From: Oligoflexia bacterium | GTDB taxonomy: Bacteria; Bdellovibrionota; UBA1018 | Direction of reading: 5' to 3' | NCBI GenBank assembly: GCA_963758495.1 | Contig: CAVWVI010000004.1 | Span: 224,001 to 288,000 of the forward strand | DNA length: 64,000 bases | Shown: positions 58,647 to 64,000 of the stretch, piece by piece | How positions within the stretch are numbered: position 1 is the stretch's first letter | Layout: each line of letters begins with the position of its first letter | The notes under the pieces: generated by a model | What the model was told of the DNA's origin: nothing | The model's database searches: none | The model's input: only the letters and a program-made list of their open reading frames with translations | Translations under genes and position numbers: made by a program

Positions 58647-59024
58647 CTAAATATGAAATATTTCTGAGTCAGAAAGCACGCTCATTAATTTTTTGTCGAG
58701 CGTCCAAATCTTGAAACCGGCTCTTCTCGCCGCTGAAACTATCGCTAAATCAATCAGCCCTACACCATTCGAGTGCCACTTTCCACGCGACGACAGTAGA
58801 CCAGCCTCGATCCAAGTTCCTTTGTGGTCTATTTTAGGCAAATTACCCCAATACTCTGAAATGACCTGAATCTCCCTTTGCGTACGAACACCTTGCAATA
58901 GCTCTCCAAAAATACACTCCAGGGCAAAAACCTTCCCATCCTCAATGAGTGGTCCCATGAAATCGCGATAACTTATCTTTCCACGAAAAAACTCAATCCA
59001 TACAGATGTATCTGAAATAATCAT
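58647..59024 (-). CDS. vapC: PIN-domain toxin (VapC family)
   Basis: SDTSVWIEF, ELLQG, D..I...A and WTLDK.L. Confidence 0.88.
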   Translation of the reverse strand: MIISDTSVWIEFFRGKISYRDFMGPLIEDGKVFALECIFGELLQGVRTQREIQVISEYWGNLPKIDHKGTWIEAGLLSSRGKWHSNGVGLIDLAIVSAARRAGFKIWTLDKKLMSVLSDSEIFHI

Positions 59025-59236
59025 TTTTTTCGATTTACCCTGCGAACTCGTGCGGCACTATAACCTGACTCAAATTTCAGAGGGGATTTTCTCAGTTCTT
59101 GATTCAGACTTTTAAGGTGCTTGGATGCTATCCATTCCTGCATCACAATAATTAGAGACTCTGTAATATTTTTTCCTTTAGACAAAATCTTAATTTCCGA
59201 AATCAGGTCGTCAGGAATGAGCGCTGTAACTTTCAT
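59021..59236 (-). CDS. Antitoxin (VapB/DUF2191-like)
   Basis: MKVTALIPDDLI.E....G.NITESL, overlapping the vapC start. Confidence 0.78.
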   Translation of the reverse strand: MKVTALIPDDLISEIKILSKGKNITESLIIVMQEWIASKHLKSLNQELRKSPLKFESGYSAARVRRVNRKK

Positions 59237-59246
59237 ACGATAGATT

Positions 59247-59265
59247 ATACGATATTTTATCGTAT
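59247..59265. promoter_or_regulatory. Palindromic operator upstream of the TA pair
   Basis: ATACGATA-TTT-TATCGTAT, with an extra half-site ATACGATA at 59235-59242. Confidence 0.55.
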
Positions 59266-59464
59266 TAACAAGGCCCATTTTTTAGAACTCGGATTCCCCG
59301 AGAAAAACTGAAACGACTGATTGAAATTTATTCAAGCATGCCCTAACATAATTCAAAACCTTCTATTCCGTTCGTGATAGAAATAGAATATCGGGTTTTC
59401 TTAATTTTACAACTCAACTCCCAAAATTAAATCGTTAAGGTAGGGAGATTTAAAAAAGGCTTAT

Positions 59465-60739
59465 ATGAATAAAAAAAAATTCCACTTAGCAGTCCTGTCC
59501 TCTACAATTATTTCTGTGAGTCTACTTTCGGGTGGTTGCAGCTCCTCAAACACGACCGCCAGCGGGACGACCACCACCATCCCCCTGATTACACCTCTAA
59601 TCGAAAAGGCAATTCCTACGGGATTAGGGGGAAAGGAGACCGCTGCATTTGAGAGCAGAATTCAGCGGAGTTCTCCTGTCAGTATCCTTACACTGAATTC
59701 GAGTGACATTCAGACCCGGTTTTTTTCCTCTGGCCCAACTGACATCTTTCAGTTACTCACGGTCGTAGATGGCTTAATCTCCAACGTGAATACTGCCATG
59801 AGTGGTTCGAGCGCAGGAGCCTGCGGTACCCTCACCGCAATAACAACTTCCAATTTCTCTATCTACCCGCCCGAGGCCCCAACGGCGGGAATAGCTTTTT
59901 ACGGACAATGCTACTTAACTCAAGGAACCGGCTTCATTACTTATGGAACGGATGGAACAAAAGTATATATCTATAGCTTTGGTTTAGTTGAGTCAGCGGC
60001 GGCAATCATCACGCCACTCGACTCAAATAGCAACCCACTTAAAGTCTCTGCTCTTGCGTCGGCATCCTATTATAATATTGAGGCATGGCTAACCGTTGGC
60101 TATAATAACACTCCTTGGGACTCTGGTTCTCATGGAGTGGTGCATCTCCTCGCATCGAACACTCCGGCATCAACTGCCACATCTACCACTTCTCCTAAAT
60201 TTGAACTCACCGCTGCAGGCGTTGGGTTTGGCTACTGTGGCATTCAACTCAAGTCCGACGGCACCAACGTCTACGCCAATGGTTCGACGGATATGGGGCA
60301 AACTTGCGCAGCCCTTGATACGCTTTGCGTAAGCGCTGCTAACTTTACTACAGCGGGGACATGCACGGGTTCCATGTCATACAATATTGCTACCTCTACA
60401 AATCCCGCAACTTCTACTGTCACCCAATTTAATCTGATTCCATATGGCCGCGAGGGTGGCGCGTATGAGAGCCCAAGCCAGACAAACACTTATAATCAAG
60501 GTTACACTTTTGGAGCGAGCACATACCCCGGCGGCACTACTTATTCCAATAATGTCATAGGCACAGCTGGATTAGGCACCTGTTCCACATCAGGGGATTG
60601 CACAAATGGAAGCGCTCTGCCTACCGGAATTACCTGGGTCAACCCTATCGGCACCGGCGACTCCCTTTACACTTTCGGACCCCTTACCGTCAGTAGTCTT
60701 CCAACTACTATTTCGGCACTCACAGCTACTTCTCATTAA
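59465..60739 (+). CDS. Thr/Ser/Gly/Cys-rich lipoprotein of unknown function
   Basis: MNKKK, hydrophobic stretch and LSGGC lipobox. Very few charged residues. Confidence 0.7.
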   Translation: MNKKKFHLAVLSSTIISVSLLSGGCSSSNTTASGTTTTIPLITPLIEKAIPTGLGGKETAAFESRIQRSSPVSILTLNSSDIQTRFFSSGPTDIFQLLTVVDGLISNVNTAMSGSSAGACGTLTAITTSNFSIYPPEAPTAGIAFYGQCYLTQGTGFITYGTDGTKVYIYSFGLVESAAAIITPLDSNSNPLKVSALASASYYNIEAWLTVGYNNTPWDSGSHGVVHLLASNTPASTATSTTSPKFELTAAGVGFGYCGIQLKSDGTNVYANGSTDMGQTCAALDTLCVSAANFTTAGTCTGSMSYNIATSTNPATSTVTQFNLIPYGREGGAYESPSQTNTYNQGYTFGASTYPGGTTYSNNVIGTAGLGTCSTSGDCTNGSALPTGITWVNPIGTGDSLYTFGPLTVSSLPTTISALTATSH

Positions 60740-60758
60740 CTCACAAGACTTTCAAATC

Positions 60759-60820
60759 CGCAAAAAGAGGCCTCACGAAAGTCAGGCCTCTTTTTGCGTG
60801 GGTGGCTTCGGAGGAGTCGA
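60759..60820. repeat. Terminator hairpin plus degenerate tRNA-Leu 3' end (copy of 63649-63708)
   Basis: CGCAAAAAGAGGCCT..AGGCCTCTTTTTGCG hairpin. 60781-60820 matches 63668-63708 at 37/41. Confidence 0.8.
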
Positions 60821-60908
60821 GCCGGATGCGATACCAAAACCCTGATCGTTCTCTTCCTATCCGAACCCCTATACCGAATTCTAATAAGTATGATATGCTG
60901 CATTAATA

Positions 60909-61358
60909 ATGACCAATAACGACGTCCTCCGAAGCATTCGATATATCCTCAACATAAATGAAACAATGCTCATTGAAATCATCAGCCTAGCTGACTTCAA
61001 AGTAAGTAAAGATGACATCATTGCCTTTCTCAAACAAGAAGACGAAGAAGGCTACAAAACTTGCGGGAATAAGGTGTTGGCCCATTTCCTAGACGGGTTG
61101 ATTATCTTTAAACGAGGGAAGAATGAAAGCCAGGCACCTCAACCCATTGAATTATCAATGACAAATAATATTATTCTGAAGAAACTGCGTGTCGCTTTTG
61201 AACTCAAAGACAGCGACATCATCAATTTGATAGAAAAATCGGGGCTTAAAGTGTCAAAAACAGAATTGAGCGCTTTTTTTCGTAAAGAAGATCATAGAAA
61301 TTACCGCGACTGTGGAAATCAATTCCTTAGAAACCTATTAAGAGGCATGGCTAAATGA
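60909..61358 (+). CDS. DUF1456 (YehS) family protein
   Basis: MTNNDVLRSIRY, FLDGLI..KRG, NN.ILKKLR.AF.L and FRK..H.NYR.CG.QFLRN.L.G. Confidence 0.9.
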   Translation: MTNNDVLRSIRYILNINETMLIEIISLADFKVSKDDIIAFLKQEDEEGYKTCGNKVLAHFLDGLIIFKRGKNESQAPQPIELSMTNNIILKKLRVAFELKDSDIINLIEKSGLKVSKTELSAFFRKEDHRNYRDCGNQFLRNLLRGMAK

Positions 61359-62491
61359 GCTTATTTACTGATTTCGATTTACTCCCCTCCCTTCAATCAA
61401 CACTCGATGAGAAAAAACTTGTAACGCCTACTGAAATTCAGAATCGTGCGATTCCTGCCCTACTCGAAGAACGTTCAGTGGTTGGTGTCTCCGAAACAGG
61501 GAGTGGCAAGACCCTGGCGTATGCTTTGCCTATTTTACACATGCTGAAAAGCCTGGAAAATAGAGGCCTCCGAATTAATTTAGAGAGCACGCCTCACGCT
61601 TGCGTAGTCGTCCCAACTCGGGAACTGGGCGAGCAGGTAACTCGGGTGTTTAAGCCCTTTACCCACACCACTCGCCTTCGTGTACGCAGCATCCTGGGCG
61701 GCACGACTCTGGAGATCGCAAAGAGAAATATACAAGGACCCTTTGAAATCCTCGTTGCAACTCCTGGGCGCCTCGTTAAGCTGTTAGACAGACGTCTGAT
61801 AAATCTGAGTGGTATTCGCATCTTAGTATTCGACGAAGCCGACCAGATGCTCGATCAAGGCTTCCTACCCGACGCAAACCGTATTGTGAGTGCTTGCCCT
61901 CCTGGTCGTCAATTGGCGCTATTCTCTGCAACAGTGAGTCCTGCAGTACAGGAGCTTATAAACAAACTCTTCACTGGCGCAGAAATCATCCGCAGCGAAG
62001 GCAGTCATCACGTAGTACCAACGCTGACCACTCAGAATCTCACGGTCATGAACGGAAAACGGTTCCCACTCCTGGAAACTTTACTCACCGAAACTATCAC
62101 AGGCGGAACTCTCATTTTCACCAACACTCGTGAACAATGCGACAAGCTCGCCCAAGAACTTCTGAAGAAGGGGCATGGCTGCGCGATCTATCGAGGAGAG
62201 ATGGATAAAGTAGAGCGTCGCGCGAATCTCAAAGCCTTTCGCGATGGCAAAGTGAATCTTTTAATTTCGACAGACCTAGCCTCAAGGGGCCTCGATGTCG
62301 AGCATGTAGGACGAGTCATCAACTATCACCTGCCTCAGCACATGGAAAACTACATCCATCGCGTCGGGCGAACTGCAAGGGCCGGACGCGAAGGCTTAGT
62401 GCTTAACTTCGTGACAGAGCGAGATCAACCCTTGGTCGATCAATTACACAGTATTCGGGGAGCGCCAAAAGGTGGGCGTTCACGAAGATGA
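61355..62491 (+). CDS. DEAD-box RNA helicase
   Basis: Q motif, TGSGKT, PTREL, TPGR, DEAD, SAT, RGLD and HRVGRTAR. Confidence 0.95.
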   Translation: MSLFTDFDLLPSLQSTLDEKKLVTPTEIQNRAIPALLEERSVVGVSETGSGKTLAYALPILHMLKSLENRGLRINLESTPHACVVVPTRELGEQVTRVFKPFTHTTRLRVRSILGGTTLEIAKRNIQGPFEILVATPGRLVKLLDRRLINLSGIRILVFDEADQMLDQGFLPDANRIVSACPPGRQLALFSATVSPAVQELINKLFTGAEIIRSEGSHHVVPTLTTQNLTVMNGKRFPLLETLLTETITGGTLIFTNTREQCDKLAQELLKKGHGCAIYRGEMDKVERRANLKAFRDGKVNLLISTDLASRGLDVEHVGRVINYHLPQHMENYIHRVGRTARAGREGLVLNFVTERDQPLVDQLHSIRGAPKGGRSRR

Positions 62492-63465
62492 AGAAGAAAT
62501 CCAGTCTTCACCCACGTAATCGGCATCAAGGGCATTATGATTTTGATGTTTTGAAAGCAAGCTATCCTGAACTCGCTCATTTTGTGGCTAAAAATAAATA
62601 CGGAAATGACTCCATTGATTTCGCTCATCCCGAAGCTATCAAGGCGCTGAATCGAGCACTGCTGAAGAGCTATTACGGAATTTCAGAATGGAATATTCCA
62701 AAAGATTATCTCTGTCCACCCATCCCAGGAAGAGCGGATTATATTCATCAACTGGCGGACTTGCTGGCTTCCTCAAACGAAGGCCTCATTCCGCGAGGAA
62801 GAACGATTCGCGTCCTCGATATCGGAGTGGGGGCGAATTGTATTTACCCGATCATCGGTCATCACGAGTATGAGTGGAGTTTCCTCGGTTCAGACTCCAA
62901 CCCGGCTTCAATTCAATCCGCGCAAACGATTGCCCAATCTAACCCCAGTTTTGGAAATGCCGTTGATTTTAAACTGCAAGAATCGTCTTCTCATATTTTT
63001 GAAGGAATCATCGGGGCAGAAGATCGCTTTGACGCATCTTTATGTAATCCGCCTTTTCATGCTTCTCTGGAGGAAGCTCAGGCCGGAACTCGTCGCAAAT
63101 GGAATCATTTAGGCAAGAAAGAATTGTCACAGCCAAAACACAAAAAACAACTCATCAATTTCGGCGGAAAAGGGCTTGAACTTTGGTGTGATGGAGGAGA
63201 GGTGGCATTTATACGCCAAATGATTCAAGAAAGCGCTCGCTTTGCCTATCAGTGCTTTTGGTTCTCGACTCTCGTTTCAAAGGAAGACAATCTTCCTAAA
63301 ATCTATAAATTATTGAAAACCGCAAAGGTGAAGGAACTGCGCACGTTGAATATGACGCAAGGACAAAAGAAAAGTAGAATCGTGGCGTGGACTTTTTTAA
63401 ATCCACTCCTTCAAAAAGAATGGCGAAATTCCCGGTGGGGGCTGAAATGGGGAACAGCCATTTAG
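62488..63465 (+). CDS. rlmF: 23S rRNA (adenine1618-N6)-methyltransferase
   Basis: LHPRN.H, LCPPIPGRADY, LDIGVGANCIYP, CNPPFH, ELWCDGGE and QGQK.SR..AW. Confidence 0.95.
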   Translation: MKKKSSLHPRNRHQGHYDFDVLKASYPELAHFVAKNKYGNDSIDFAHPEAIKALNRALLKSYYGISEWNIPKDYLCPPIPGRADYIHQLADLLASSNEGLIPRGRTIRVLDIGVGANCIYPIIGHHEYEWSFLGSDSNPASIQSAQTIAQSNPSFGNAVDFKLQESSSHIFEGIIGAEDRFDASLCNPPFHASLEEAQAGTRRKWNHLGKKELSQPKHKKQLINFGGKGLELWCDGGEVAFIRQMIQESARFAYQCFWFSTLVSKEDNLPKIYKLLKTAKVKELRTLNMTQGQKKSRIVAWTFLNPLLQKEWRNSRWGLKWGTAI

Positions 63466-63478
63466 AATGTAATATTTA

Positions 63479-63502
63479 CGTTGGTGGCTCCGGAGAGAAT
63501 CG
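63479..63502 (-). repeat. Exact 24-bp copy of tRNA-Leu 3' end and flank
   Basis: CGTTGGTGGCTCCGGAGAGAATCG is identical to 63684-63707. Confidence 0.9.
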
Positions 63503-63648
63503 GCTTCCGGTATTTGCACTGTCGTGCAAATCCTGCAGCCCGGGCTCAGATGCCGCCCAGCACAGCTGGGCACCCGCATCTTCCGCCATTCGCTTCTCTC
63601 CGTAGGGTACAAAACGCGTTCGCGTTTTTTCTTTTCAAAGCCACCAAA

Positions 63649-63685
63649 CGCAAAAGGCCTGACTTTCGTCAGGCCTCTTTTTGCG
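63649..63685 (-). terminator. Hairpin terminator after tRNA-Leu
   Basis: On the minus strand: CGCAAAAAGAGGCCTGAC-GAAA-GTCAGGCCTTTTGCG. Confidence 0.75.
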
Positions 63686-63686
63686 T

Positions 63687-63773
63687 TGGTGGCTCCGGAG
63701 AGAATCGAACTCTCACACCCGTAAGGATACACGATTTTGAGTCGTGCGCGTCTACCAATTCCGCCACAGAGCC
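63687..63773 (-). tRNA. tRNA-Leu (CAA)
   Basis: Reverse complement GGCTCTGTGGCGGAATTGGTAGACGCGCACGACT-CAA-AATCGTG, long variable arm, GTTCGATTC...CGGAGCCACCA. 87 nt. Confidence 0.96.
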
Positions 63774-63797
63774 AATGAAATAGATCGGGTTAGATCA

Positions 63798-64000
63798 TTA
63801 ACCCAAATCCTTAACTGTGTCCACATTCTTCAGCCAATCCCAACGAATCAGTTCAAAATTTCCTTGAGGAGAGAGGCGATACTCCGCTCCGAGAGGAAGC
63901 GGCGAGACTTCAGGGCCATGCCCTACCGGCAATCCAAATGCCACCGGAATATTCAAACGATCCCCAAGCTCTTTAAAAAGTGCACGAAGGGTATCTTGAC
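63798..64000 (-). CDS. LD-carboxypeptidase (peptidase S66) C-terminal fragment (5'-partial)
   Basis: Manual translation QDTLRALFKELGDRLNIPVAFGLPVGHGPEVSPLPLGAEY...DLG*. IPV..G.P.GH....PLPLG is the S66 C-terminal motif. Confidence 0.75.
   Translation of the reverse strand, partial: QDTLRALFKELGDRLNIPVAFGLPVGHGPEVSPLPLGAEYRLSPQGNFELIRWDWLKNVDTVKDLG

Noticed and set aside
58617..59289. 11-bp inverted repeat (AGTTCTAAAAA / TTTTTAGAACT) flanking vapBC as MITE or IS ends
   Set aside because: Short and AT-rich, with no target-site duplication or transposase. Compatible with chance.

Overview
This is a 64 kb, AT-rich bacterial chromosomal segment. The xerD-M50 protease-trpS-scpA-scpB-rluB block and the many signal-peptide hypotheticals suggest a deltaproteobacteria-like lineage, plausibly Bdellovibrionota/Oligoflexia (inference). 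Housekeeping blocks (mutY, amidase, xerD-rluB, tsaA-ileS, bioBFDA, fdx-truC-queC, tRNA-fMet, tRNA-Leu) alternate with three accessory zones. (1) 1-11 kb holds secreted, eukaryote-like proteins. The top candidate is a signal-peptide RING1-IBR-RING2 (RBR) E3-ubiquitin-ligase-like protein fused to a C-terminal DUF1566/CLec-like domain, whose last codons look like a diversity-generating-retroelement variable region. (2) An island after tRNA-fMet (about 20.8-36.6 kb) carries a self-contained PAPS-synthesis and sulfotransferase module (cysC, cysQ, cysD, cysN, sulfotransferase, two TauE+DUF1634 pairs, a Crp/Fnr regulator). It has three copies of a TTATGTC-N4-GACATAA palindrome, plus an RND/TolC pair, HdeA and toxin-antitoxin-like pairs. 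(3) A stack of small cargo blocks downstream of tRNA-Leu(CAA) is delimited by three extra copies of the tRNA 3' end. No CRISPR array, rRNA, integrase, transposase or reverse transcriptase was recognised. All family calls come from reading motifs by eye, not from database searches.
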